DNA of 64,000 nt. It comes from Promethearchaeota archaeon (lineage in GTDB: Archaea; Asgardarchaeota; Hermodarchaeia; Hermodarchaeales; Hermodarchaeaceae). The notes below the pieces were generated by a model. That model was given only the letters and a program-made list of their open reading frames with translations. It had not been told where the DNA came from and did no database searches. How positions within the stretch are numbered: position 1 is the first letter of the stretch; each line of letters opens with the position of its first letter. The stretch lies in assembly GCA_048938385.1 (NCBI GenBank), contig JBHLMG010000007.1, positions 1 to 64,000 of the forward strand, written 5' to 3'. Positions 16,764-25,912 of this stretch are shown here, piece by piece. A program made the position numbers and the translations under genes.

Positions 16764-19535
16764 TCATTTCTTTCTGGTTGTTTTTTTCCCTGACTTTTTA
16801 ACCGGTTTTGTACTAGGTTCTTCGTCGGGGCGCCATTTCCGTTCTTCTCGTAGGTTCAGTTTAGCCGTTACCAAACCATCTGTTGATCGCTTCAGTGCGA
16901 AGCCCATTTTTTCCATTATGCGTTGGGCTCGGTAGTTATCAGGTAACATTACGCCATAGAGTTCTTCGAGTCCACGCTCTGTACTGATTTCAATCATATA
17001 ATCTAACATTTTCGATCCTAATCCCAGACCTTGCCAGGGATCTGCAACAATGAATGCAATTTCTCCGCGTTTTCTATCAGGGTCTTCGATGAGACGGACA
17101 ACTCCTAGTATACGTTGTTGATTTCCTTCTTGGAGGACTGCAACTAGACCGAGTTCTCGGTCATAATCGATGTTTGTATAGCGGATTCGGACCTCGTGGG
17201 GTGTGTCTTTGATGATTTCAAAAAATCTGTACCGAATTGATTCCTCAGAGAAGTTCTGGAACATTTCCAACCACAAGGGCTCGTCTTCTGGTTTGATGGG
17301 TCGAAAGAGCACATTTCGTCCATCGCGCATACGCCAAATTAGTTCATACCGTTTTGGATAGGGACTTATCACTAGTTCCTTAGAGGGCTCACTTTTTTTT
17401 CCTATTCGATCAAGATTAATCACTACCCGTGCATCCAAAGCAATGGCTTGTTTATTATCAACTAAAAGAGGGTTGATGTCAATTTCCTGAATTTCGGGAA
17501 ATTCGATTACCATTTGAGATAATCGTACGATGAGTTCTTCAAGCACTTTCAAGTTAGCTGGTGGCAAGCGTCTATGTCCATGTTTGAGGATTTTGAACAC
17601 TCGGGTTTCTTCCATGATTCGCCGAGCCAGGGTTTGATTTAGGGGGGGAAATCCGATGGCGACATCTTTGAAGAATTCTACACCCATGCCCCCCATACCA
17701 AACATAATTGTTGGTCCAAAAAGGGGGTCTCGTTTTGCTCCTAGGATCACCTCGGTCCCTGTTGGCTGCACCATCGGTTGTACTGTGACTCCTTCAATGT
17801 TAGCTTTGGAATTGTACTTCTTTGCCGCTTTCAGAATTTGGTTGTATGCCTCGCGAACTTCGTTGTCGGTACGGAGGTTGAGTTGCACTCCACCAGCGTC
17901 GGATTTGTGGGTTATGTCAGGGGAGAGAAGTTTAAGAACCACAGGGTAGCCCATACTGCCTGCAACAGCGGCCGCCTCGTCAACAGATTTTGCAACTCTG
18001 GTTTTTACTACAGGAATGTTATAGAACTCTAAAAGCTGTTTTGCCTCAGCTTCAGTGAGGATAGTTCGCCCATCCTTTGCGACACCGCGTAAAAGCACCG
18101 TAACCGGGCGTTTAGGTGGAGCACTTTCAATGGAGAGCTCTTCAGGTGTTTCATAAAGCAAGTCGAGGCTTTGTTTGTATTTACACATGTACATGTATGT
18201 TGCAATAGCCTGTTCTGGGGTCCAGTAGGTTGGATAGCCGCTTTCAGCGAATATTTGATTGGCTTCACTGATTTTTTCTCCGCCAATAAAAGAGGTCAGG
18301 ATGGTCTTTTTACATCCGCCTCGTAAGTCACACATTCTTACAACGCTTGTGGCTATTGCTGATGCAGCTGTAACGGCTTGTGGAGTGAAAATAATGAGAA
18401 TTCCATCTATATTAGGATCTGCCAGACAGAGATCTAGCACTGCGCGATATCTTTCTGCATCCGCATCTCCTAGTACATCAATTGGATTTCCACGACTCCA
18501 ATAGAGTGGTAAGATTTTGTCAAGTTTTTTGATTGTAGCTTCACTAAGTTTTGCTAATTTTCCACCTCGGGCGATTAGTGCGTCAGCTGCCATCACTCCT
18601 GGACCTCCGGCATTGGTGATAATGGCTAGGCGGGGGCCTTGTGGAAGTGGTTGCATGCCAAGGACTTCAGCAGCATTGAAAAGATCTGAAATTTCTTCTA
18701 CACGGACGATCCCTGCTCGTTTGAAGGCAGCATCATAGACTAAATCAGAACCAGTTAATGCTCCTGTGTGTGAAGCTGCGGCTTTTGCACTTTCAGTAAA
18801 TCGTCCTGATTTTACCACAATGATGGGTTTGGTGCGAGCAAAGTGTCGTGCTGCGCTCATGAACTTTCGGGCATCGGTGATGCCTTCCATATACATGAGT
18901 ATGCTTCGAGTGTGAGGATCGCTACCAAAATAATCGATGAGATCACCAAAGTCGACATCAGCCATTGAGCCGACTGAAACGAAGTTGCTAAACCCTATGT
19001 TTTCCTTCGTTGCCCAGTCGATGATCGCAGAACCCAAGGCACCGCTTTGAGAGATAAACGCGATATTACCGGGCTTTGGCATGGTTTCGGCAAAGGTTCC
19101 ATTCAAATTGATTCGAGGTCGAATGATTCCGAAGCAGTTAGGTCCGACAATCCGGAGATTATACTTCTTCCGAAGAACTTTGATTTCTTCTTCAAGTTTA
19201 CGACCCTCCTCACCGATTTCTTTGAATCCTGCTGATATGATTATAATTCCAAGGATTTTCGCTCGGCCGCACTCTTCCACGATTCCGGCAACGGTTTTCG
19301 CAGGCGTAGCGATGATGGCCAAGTCTACGGAATCAGAAATAGCACCGACATTAGGGTAAGTCTTGATTCCCATTACTTGTTCATGGTTGGGATTCACAGG
19401 ATAGACTGTTCCCTCAAACCCTGTCTGAATGAGGTTTCGCAATAAAATGTTTCCAACGGATCCTACTTTTTCACTTGCACCAACCAGTGCAATACTCCGA
19501 GGGTTAAAAATTCGATCTAAGTTTATCGTGACCAT
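16764..19535 (-). CDS. ADP-forming acyl-CoA synthetase alpha+beta fused to a C-terminal GNAT (Pat/YfiQ-type lysine acetyltransferase architecture)
   Basis: GPNCFG, SQSGA, SHTGAL, NAGG and HKSDAGGV motifs; GNAT motif QGLGLG. Confidence 0.92.
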   Translation of the reverse strand: MVTINLDRIFNPRSIALVGASEKVGSVGNILLRNLIQTGFEGTVYPVNPNHEQVMGIKTYPNVGAISDSVDLAIIATPAKTVAGIVEECGRAKILGIIIISAGFKEIGEEGRKLEEEIKVLRKKYNLRIVGPNCFGIIRPRINLNGTFAETMPKPGNIAFISQSGALGSAIIDWATKENIGFSNFVSVGSMADVDFGDLIDYFGSDPHTRSILMYMEGITDARKFMSAARHFARTKPIIVVKSGRFTESAKAAASHTGALTGSDLVYDAAFKRAGIVRVEEISDLFNAAEVLGMQPLPQGPRLAIITNAGGPGVMAADALIARGGKLAKLSEATIKKLDKILPLYWSRGNPIDVLGDADAERYRAVLDLCLADPNIDGILIIFTPQAVTAASAIATSVVRMCDLRGGCKKTILTSFIGGEKISEANQIFAESGYPTYWTPEQAIATYMYMCKYKQSLDLLYETPEELSIESAPPKRPVTVLLRGVAKDGRTILTEAEAKQLLEFYNIPVVKTRVAKSVDEAAAVAGSMGYPVVLKLLSPDITHKSDAGGVQLNLRTDNEVREAYNQILKAAKKYNSKANIEGVTVQPMVQPTGTEVILGAKRDPLFGPTIMFGMGGMGVEFFKDVAIGFPPLNQTLARRIMEETRVFKILKHGHRRLPPANLKVLEELIVRLSQMVIEFPEIQEIDINPLLVDNKQAIALDARVVINLDRIGKKSEPSKELVISPYPKRYELIWRMRDGRNVLFRPIKPEDEPLWLEMFQNFSEESIRYRFFEIIKDTPHEVRIRYTNIDYDRELGLVAVLQEGNQQRILGVVRLIEDPDRKRGEIAFIVADPWQGLGLGSKMLDYMIEISTERGLEELYGVMLPDNYRAQRIMEKMGFALKRSTDGLVTAKLNLREERKWRPDEEPSTKPVKKSGKKTTRKK

Positions 19536-19751
19536 TGACAAGTTCTCCGTTTTGTTGCAATTATGTTAAACGATAAGTGTATCGTTTGTTTATACCGATT
19601 TCCTTGCTGTAAAGAACCAGGTCGTACCTCTTCACCTAAACATAATGCATTTTTATTTACTAGGCTGGCAGTTGGGGAGGTTATGTGTTCGATGTACTGA
19701 GGTGGGCTTTTGGATATTCGAGGAGTTGCGGTGTATTCGTTATAGGTGTCT

Positions 19752-21689
19752 TCATTTACTAGGTTTGGCGAGAAATTCCTCCAAAAAAACAGCGTATTCA
19801 CATGGATGCGTACCATCCTGAATGAGCGATTTGATGACTTTGATTCGTCCTTTATCTGTTTTAGCGACGCGGGAAAGAATGTATTCGATTGCTTTCTTAC
19901 GGAATGAACATAGCCATGTTTTTTGGTTGTTCTTCACCAGCTTGTAATAGGGACAAGTACGGTATTTGAGGGTGAATCCACCTTCGAAGTATTCAATTTC
20001 CACTTGTATACCAAGTTCACGATACATCTCAAGCAGGCGGTCTCCAATTTCATGGATTGTCCAAGGGTAATCAAGGGGAAAGAGTTGATCTAAAGTGGGT
20101 TTCACCTGACTGAGAGCGTTTTTAAGGGAATCTGCAGCGATTGCATCGCTGACCATTTGAACCACTTCGCTGCGATGCAGAGGGCTAAGAAAAGGTCTTT
20201 CGACCTTCTTCACCATCACATTCAGTAGGTTTCGGAATTCGGTGAAGGATGCTTCATATCCTAATGCATCAAGTAGTGAACTAATGATTAATCGCTGACT
20301 TGTTATGGTCACCAAATCCATTTGCTTGAATACTACTGAAAAATTCTCTTCATCAATAAATCGCACTTCAGCACCAGGTTGGGCTTGATGGATGTTTTTC
20401 TCAACGAAGCTTCGAATTAATTTTCGTATCTGCGATTCATCATTTTTTGTCAACATTCGAATGGCGTTAGCAACCCGAAAACCTATGCTACGAAATATTT
20501 CCTCAAATCGCCGGCGATCACTATCATAGACTTTTACCGTAAGTGTATCGTATAACTCACGTGGTACGGCAATTGAGTCTAAAAACTGCTCATTCACAAC
20601 CTGATATAAATTCAAAACGCTCAACTGATCTAATACATCTTGTGTTCCTTCAACTAACTCGATGTGTAAAGTACCATGGTTGTATTCTGTCGAATAGCGA
20701 TTGAGCTTCCATCCCCGTGTCGCTAGGATTAAGGCAAAAGTAACAGTGGCTATATTAGCCATCGAAGGCGATGTTGCCTGAAAAGTAATACTATATTGGT
20801 TATCGGATTCGTGGCCAATTTTACTCTGGGAAATCCAATTCATGCTTCGAGCTGCTTCTAACAATCCTTGCATGAAATCCTTAGGGTTGGTCGCTAGTTC
20901 TGCTGGTCTTATAAATAGTTGAATATCTTCAATGACGGTTCCCAAATCAGAAATTGAACCTTCAAGGCTTTTTGCAGCCCATTTCAAGAACGCTGGTCCA
21001 ACTAGCGCTAATTGATCTTTATAGAGTTGGGGTGTTAGAGTTTCAAGCTTTTCTCGCATGCGTTCAATGATTACCTGTAGAGTGTCAGTTCGTCGGATGG
21101 CTGCGATATCTCTCCGAAGCATTTTTACAATGATTTCTTTTCGCATTATCCGCAGGTCAAAATGAACCCCAACTCCTTCCAATATGATTGCTAATTGTAA
21201 AGCGATTAATTCAGGCATTCGGAGAAATAACAATGGTCGGAGTACAACCGTGTTATCCATTTCGCGATGTGATGTAATCTCAAATAATCGGGTGATCTCG
21301 CTGATTTGCTCAAATACTGTTAAAAATTCTCGGAATTGCGTGGGAGGTTTCCACTGGATAATGCTTTTAATCAGTTCAATTGAATTTTGCGCTTCATTCA
21401 CTTGCCACTGAATGAATTCATCTATTGTTTGGTCAGCAAGAGCAATTTTTAGAAGTTCATCAAGGAAATCTCGGCGAACAGAAGCTAACTCTAATGCATC
21501 ACGCAGCTTGTTCTGTTCTTCAATCTGTGCTTTTAACTCACAATCTTCACAAGAACCAACTTTATCGACGCGTAATAGCGTTTCTAAAGCCATTTCAAGG
21601 ACCCGGCTCTTTGTTCCGTAAGTTTCAGCTAATTGATCTAACATTTCACCCGATTTTTTGGGAATAGTGGTATGGATGTGCACAGACAA
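19752..21689 (-). CDS. Putative transcriptional regulator: N-terminal ribbon-helix-helix, CxxC and tandem V4R/MetOD1-like domains
   Basis: VHIHTTI..(helix)..TKSRVLEMAL is RHH-like. The C-terminal CPY...LC...HPCEY Cys triad is typical of V4R-like domains. Confidence 0.65.
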   Translation of the reverse strand: MSVHIHTTIPKKSGEMLDQLAETYGTKSRVLEMALETLLRVDKVGSCEDCELKAQIEEQNKLRDALELASVRRDFLDELLKIALADQTIDEFIQWQVNEAQNSIELIKSIIQWKPPTQFREFLTVFEQISEITRLFEITSHREMDNTVVLRPLLFLRMPELIALQLAIILEGVGVHFDLRIMRKEIIVKMLRRDIAAIRRTDTLQVIIERMREKLETLTPQLYKDQLALVGPAFLKWAAKSLEGSISDLGTVIEDIQLFIRPAELATNPKDFMQGLLEAARSMNWISQSKIGHESDNQYSITFQATSPSMANIATVTFALILATRGWKLNRYSTEYNHGTLHIELVEGTQDVLDQLSVLNLYQVVNEQFLDSIAVPRELYDTLTVKVYDSDRRRFEEIFRSIGFRVANAIRMLTKNDESQIRKLIRSFVEKNIHQAQPGAEVRFIDEENFSVVFKQMDLVTITSQRLIISSLLDALGYEASFTEFRNLLNVMVKKVERPFLSPLHRSEVVQMVSDAIAADSLKNALSQVKPTLDQLFPLDYPWTIHEIGDRLLEMYRELGIQVEIEYFEGGFTLKYRTCPYYKLVKNNQKTWLCSFRKKAIEYILSRVAKTDKGRIKVIKSLIQDGTHPCEYAVFLEEFLAKPSK

Positions 21690-21713
21690 GGAAGTTCCCT
21701 CAATTCAAGGCAA

Positions 21714-21749
21714 TGTACACCAATTTATTAATCTTGTACATGGTGTACA
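21714..21749. promoter_or_regulatory. Three TGTACA boxes flanking the TATA box of the RHH regulator
   Basis: TGTACA at 21714, 21735 and 21744; minus-strand TTAATAAA lies between boxes 1 and 2. Confidence 0.6.
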
Positions 21750-21791
21750 GGTGACTCTGTCTTAAAAAAAAGAAAGGCAGCAAAAAGCTGC

Positions 21792-23570
21792 CTAAGAACT
21801 CTGTAAGGCTTTTGGTGCTGATTGAATCATTCTTTCCCTGACAAATGAGCGCTTCCTGGTTTGCATGGCATAACCAATTCGGCGTAAAGCCAGCATGTAG
21901 GCTGCGATTCGCATTGGAACATTATATTCTTTTGAGAGTGCTAACACATCCTGGAATCCAGTTTGCATTATGTGTTTCAATTTACTTTGAACCTCTTCAA
22001 CTGTCCAGAAGTAATTCATTTGGTTTTGTACCATTTCAAAGTAGCTTACTGTAACACCGCCAGCGTTAGCTAAAATGTCGGGAATGAGGAAGATGCCTCG
22101 TTCATAGAGGATTTCATCAGCCTCAGGAGTTGTGGGACCATTTGCTCCTTCAGCAATGATTTTGGCTTTGATGCGAGGCGCGTTTTCAACGGTAATGGCG
22201 TTTTCCAAAGCTGCAGGGATGAGAATGTCGCAGTCGAGTTCCAAGACATCTTGGTTACTGATTCGAACGGAGTTTTTGTAATCAATCACTGAACCAGTGG
22301 AATTCTTGTGTTCTTTTACCTTCTTCGGATCAAGGCCCTTCGGGTTGAAAATGCCTCCTTTCGAATCAGAGACTGCAATAATTTTACAGCCTAGCTCATG
22401 GAGGATACGAGCGGCATGAAAACCCACATTTCCAAATCCCTGAACAACCACGCGGGCATCTTTCAGTAGTATGTCTAGATCTTTAAGGGCTTCTGTGACA
22501 GTATAGACCAGGCCAAGTGAGGTAGCATCATCGCGCCCTTTTGAACCTCCAATTCCAACAGGTTTTCCTGTCACAACACCAGGACAATATACGCCTGTGC
22601 ATTCAACATATTCATCCATAATCCAAGCCATCGTTTGCGAGTCGGTGTACACATCTGGGGCAGGAACATCGGTCTGCGGACCAATGAATCGGACTAATTC
22701 TCTAGTGTATCCACGAGTCAGGCGTTCTAACTCACCCATTGACATTTCTTTAGGATTACAACGTATCCCGCCTTTACCGCCACCCAAGGGAAGGCCCACG
22801 ACAGCAGTTTTGAATGTCATCCATGCCGATAACGCGATGACCTCATCTAGTGTTACATCTGGATGATAGCGAATGCCTCCTTTATTGGGACCCAAGGCAT
22901 CGTTATACTGGGACCGGTATCCAGTGAATACCCGAACGCTACCATCATCCATGTGAACTGGAATGTTGACGATAAGGATGCGTTGGGGATGACGAAGAAC
23001 CTCATGAGTGGCTGGGTCCAAACCCAGTATTTCGGCAGCGAGATCCAGCTGTTGAAGTGCTGCTTCGTAGGGGTTAGGTGTTGGTGTTACCGTAGCAAGG
23101 GTTTGAATATTGACAGCTGTAGCTTTTTGCAACTGTTCTATCAGATGGTCACAGTGGAATCGAATTTTTTCGATATCGCCACCATGAATCCACTTGAAAT
23201 AATCAGTGAAGGCTTCTAGTCGATCACTTAACAAGCTCTCTTTGGTATGAGCAGGGCTCTCAGCAAAGTAGTCAAACATAGCGTCAATAATTTGAAGTTC
23301 TAGACGGCACAAGTCGCCATTTCCTGAATCATCAGGGCATTCAATGTTCATATATTCAGCACTACGGATCTTCGAAGCAAGTCTGTCGAAGATGCTTGTT
23401 GTGTCTTTGAACGGAATCTTGTAGTTTTCTGACAATGCTGTCATTAAAGCGTAATGAGTAGAGGTGATGTTTTCAAGACCCGCAGTGTATTGGGGCTTGT
23501 CCGCAAAAAAGTCGACCATTAACTTCTGCAAGCCCAATTCTATTGGAGTTAATTCAACCAGGTTCAGCAT
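21792..23570 (-). CDS. gdhA: Glutamate dehydrogenase with a roughly 165-aa N-terminal extension
   Basis: KGGIRYHP, GGGKGG, VPAPDV, TGKP..GGSKGR, GFGNVG, EGANGP, NAGGVTVSYFE. Confidence 0.95.
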   Translation of the reverse strand: MLNLVELTPIELGLQKLMVDFFADKPQYTAGLENITSTHYALMTALSENYKIPFKDTTSIFDRLASKIRSAEYMNIECPDDSGNGDLCRLELQIIDAMFDYFAESPAHTKESLLSDRLEAFTDYFKWIHGGDIEKIRFHCDHLIEQLQKATAVNIQTLATVTPTPNPYEAALQQLDLAAEILGLDPATHEVLRHPQRILIVNIPVHMDDGSVRVFTGYRSQYNDALGPNKGGIRYHPDVTLDEVIALSAWMTFKTAVVGLPLGGGKGGIRCNPKEMSMGELERLTRGYTRELVRFIGPQTDVPAPDVYTDSQTMAWIMDEYVECTGVYCPGVVTGKPVGIGGSKGRDDATSLGLVYTVTEALKDLDILLKDARVVVQGFGNVGFHAARILHELGCKIIAVSDSKGGIFNPKGLDPKKVKEHKNSTGSVIDYKNSVRISNQDVLELDCDILIPAALENAITVENAPRIKAKIIAEGANGPTTPEADEILYERGIFLIPDILANAGGVTVSYFEMVQNQMNYFWTVEEVQSKLKHIMQTGFQDVLALSKEYNVPMRIAAYMLALRRIGYAMQTRKRSFVRERMIQSAPKALQSS

Positions 23571-23600
23571 TTGACTTCACCTGGTTAACCTAGAATATAA

Positions 23601-23646
23601 TGTTCAACTATTCAAAGCTTATGTTCATTATGTTCATTAATGTACA
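23601..23646. promoter_or_regulatory. Four TGTWCA boxes in the gdh / KaiC-like divergent promoter region
   Basis: TGTTCA at 23601, 23622 and 23631; TGTACA at 23641. Confidence 0.6.
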
Positions 23647-23704
23647 TCAAACAACAGCCACACATATAATCCGCAACTAACCAACATTGGTTTTGTGGTA
23701 TTCA

Positions 23705-24433
23705 ATGCGCTGTTCAACTGGTATTCCAGTCCTAGATGAAATCCTTGGGAAGGGATTAATCTTAGGGGAGAATGTAGTCTGGGAATATGAAACCGGTACC
23801 TTTGTCAACGAATTCATGCAAAACTTCATGCGACAAGGAATTGTGGAAAAAAACCAAGTAATTTACTTAGATTTCATCTATCCGCCGCAAGCTTTGTTAT
23901 TATTTCTTGAACCTTTGATGAGCTCACTTCCTTCTGGTTGGGAGAAGTATTTTTTAGTCTTGGATTGTTTCTCCGAATCGAGCGGTCGTGGAGAACTTAT
24001 TTTCACCGATTTCTATGATAAGGCACCCTCTTGGATTCGCAAAGTTCCGATGTCTCGTGAAGTTGAGCGGTTCCATCATTTCTTTGGACGGATAGAAAGG
24101 GAGTTCATTAGTGAGGGAACCCGACTAGTAATAAACAGTCTTACAGCCATGGAAATCATTTGGGGACAGGAAAATGCGAAATTGCTTTTCGGGCATATCT
24201 GTCCTGCTTTGTATGCTTACAAAACCTTGGCCTATTGGACAATGAAGCAAAATGCCCATAATAAGGAGTTTCTTGCGGCAATCGAACATACTACGCAAGT
24301 CGTTATAGAGTTGAATCGAATTGATAATCAACGATCACTCCGCGTAAAAAAGGCCGGTGGTCGCTACCAACCTCTAACTTATGAATCATATCCCTATCAG
24401 GTCGAAGAGTTAAATATCGCAATCAAAAAGTGA
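23705..24433 (+). CDS. KaiC/RAD55-like RecA-fold protein, probably ATPase-inactive
   Basis: STGIPVLDEIL..G N-terminus. Walker A is replaced by YETGTFVN and Walker B reads LVINS. Confidence 0.8.
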   Translation: MRCSTGIPVLDEILGKGLILGENVVWEYETGTFVNEFMQNFMRQGIVEKNQVIYLDFIYPPQALLLFLEPLMSSLPSGWEKYFLVLDCFSESSGRGELIFTDFYDKAPSWIRKVPMSREVERFHHFFGRIEREFISEGTRLVINSLTAMEIIWGQENAKLLFGHICPALYAYKTLAYWTMKQNAHNKEFLAAIEHTTQVVIELNRIDNQRSLRVKKAGGRYQPLTYESYPYQVEELNIAIKK

Positions 24434-24620
24434 TGAATCCCATTTAATATGGATGCACCTGGTTACACCGATTTAGGGGTGGTTCTTCTCTTCCCTTCAT
24501 TGGTGATACAAGTGCGCCTTGGTCAAAATTAGGGCTTAACCTAAAACATCGATAATCTTTATCAAGTATCCCTTCACCCGCCAATCAGAACCCACTTTAA
24601 GCTTGGAAAGGCGCTACGAA

Positions 24621-25457
24621 ATGTTCAAAGTATTAGCCACCCAGCAAATCGCGACCGATATCTATGAGTTTGATATCGAAGCTCCCGAAATCGCTGAAAA
24701 AGCTAAGCCCGGACAGTTCTTGATCTATCGCCTTAATGAACACGGAGAGCGTATTCCTCTCACCCTCAAAGACTGGAACAAAGAAAAGGGTTCCATCACT
24801 ATAGTATTTCAAGTTCTTGGAAAATCTACTCTAGAACTTTCTCAGTTAAAACCCGGTGATGTCATCAAAGACATCATCGGACCACTTGGTAAAGCTCCTT
24901 CTGCTGAGAAATATGGCACCGTAATTGTAGTTGCAGGAGGTTGTGGTGCAGCCCCTTCTCTGCCAAGAGCACGACAGCTCAAAGAAGCTGGAAACTATCT
25001 CATCACAATTCTTGGTGCCCGTCAAGATAACCTATTAGTTTGTGAGTTGGAACTCAGCCAAATCAGTGACGAACTCTACATCACCACCGACGATGGTTCA
25101 AAAGGCATCAAGGGTTTTGTTACAACAAAGCTGAAAGCACTGTTGGACTCGGGTAGGAAAATCGATTATGTTTTCACTGTAGGCCCTCCAATCATGATGA
25201 AGTTCGTCGCCGCAACCACCAAACCCTTTGGCGTGAAAACGGAATGCAGTTTGAATCCCATAATGGTCGATGGAACCGGGATGTGTGGGGCATGCCGTGT
25301 CGAAGTAGACCAAGAGACGAAATTTGCATGTGTGCATGGTCCTGAATTCGATGCCCATGCTGTCAATTTCGATTTACTAATGAAACGCCTTGACACCTAC
25401 AAAGCCCAAGAAACTAAAGCGATGGAATCTTACAGACAAACTTGTGCTCATCGTTAG
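24621..25457 (+). CDS. sudB: Ferredoxin:NADP+ oxidoreductase / sulfide dehydrogenase small subunit (NfnA/SudB)
   Basis: PGQF, ERIPLT, GPLG, TDDGS.G, DGTGMCGACRV, CVHGPEF. Confidence 0.93.
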   Translation: MFKVLATQQIATDIYEFDIEAPEIAEKAKPGQFLIYRLNEHGERIPLTLKDWNKEKGSITIVFQVLGKSTLELSQLKPGDVIKDIIGPLGKAPSAEKYGTVIVVAGGCGAAPSLPRARQLKEAGNYLITILGARQDNLLVCELELSQISDELYITTDDGSKGIKGFVTTKLKALLDSGRKIDYVFTVGPPIMMKFVAATTKPFGVKTECSLNPIMVDGTGMCGACRVEVDQETKFACVHGPEFDAHAVNFDLLMKRLDTYKAQETKAMESYRQTCAHR

Positions 25458-25548
25458 CGGTGCTAAGCGTTGACTACAAAATTTCTGTATAGGGGTCGAG
25501 TTTTTAGCCTACATCGATAATGTGTAGCCCTTCTGGTGAGACCAACCA

Positions 25549-25884
25549 ATGGTAACTAAAGAGGAACTTCTCAAAGTGCTTGAGAGCGTGCGGACCAAAT
25601 TCGAGGATCCGGACACAAAGCCAAAATTCAAAGGATTTGATCGAACGCTTCAATTTCATTTCACCGATCTTGACACCAGTTTTCACACCCGCATCCATAA
25701 GGAAACTATGGAACCCTTTACTAAGGGTGAATTAGAAACTCCTAATCTCCTCGTCACAACAGATAGTGGCACATTCGTGGACATCATACAAGGGAATTTA
25801 AGTCCGCTCGATGCGTACTCGGTTGGAAAACTCAAAGTTAAAGGTAGCATGACGGATCTCCTAAAACTCCAAATTCTTATGTAA
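25549..25884 (+). CDS. SCP2 sterol/lipid-binding domain protein
   Basis: G.LSP..AY..GKLKVKGS...L.KL signature. Confidence 0.88.
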   Translation: MVTKEELLKVLESVRTKFEDPDTKPKFKGFDRTLQFHFTDLDTSFHTRIHKETMEPFTKGELETPNLLVTTDSGTFVDIIQGNLSPLDAYSVGKLKVKGSMTDLLKLQILM

Positions 25885-25912
25885 GTTGGACACACAGAAG
25901 GAACGAAGGAGC

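Noticed and set aside
15066-24433. Integrated element at tRNA-Arg
   Set aside because: No integrase and no duplicated tRNA 3' end were seen; downstream genes are metabolic.
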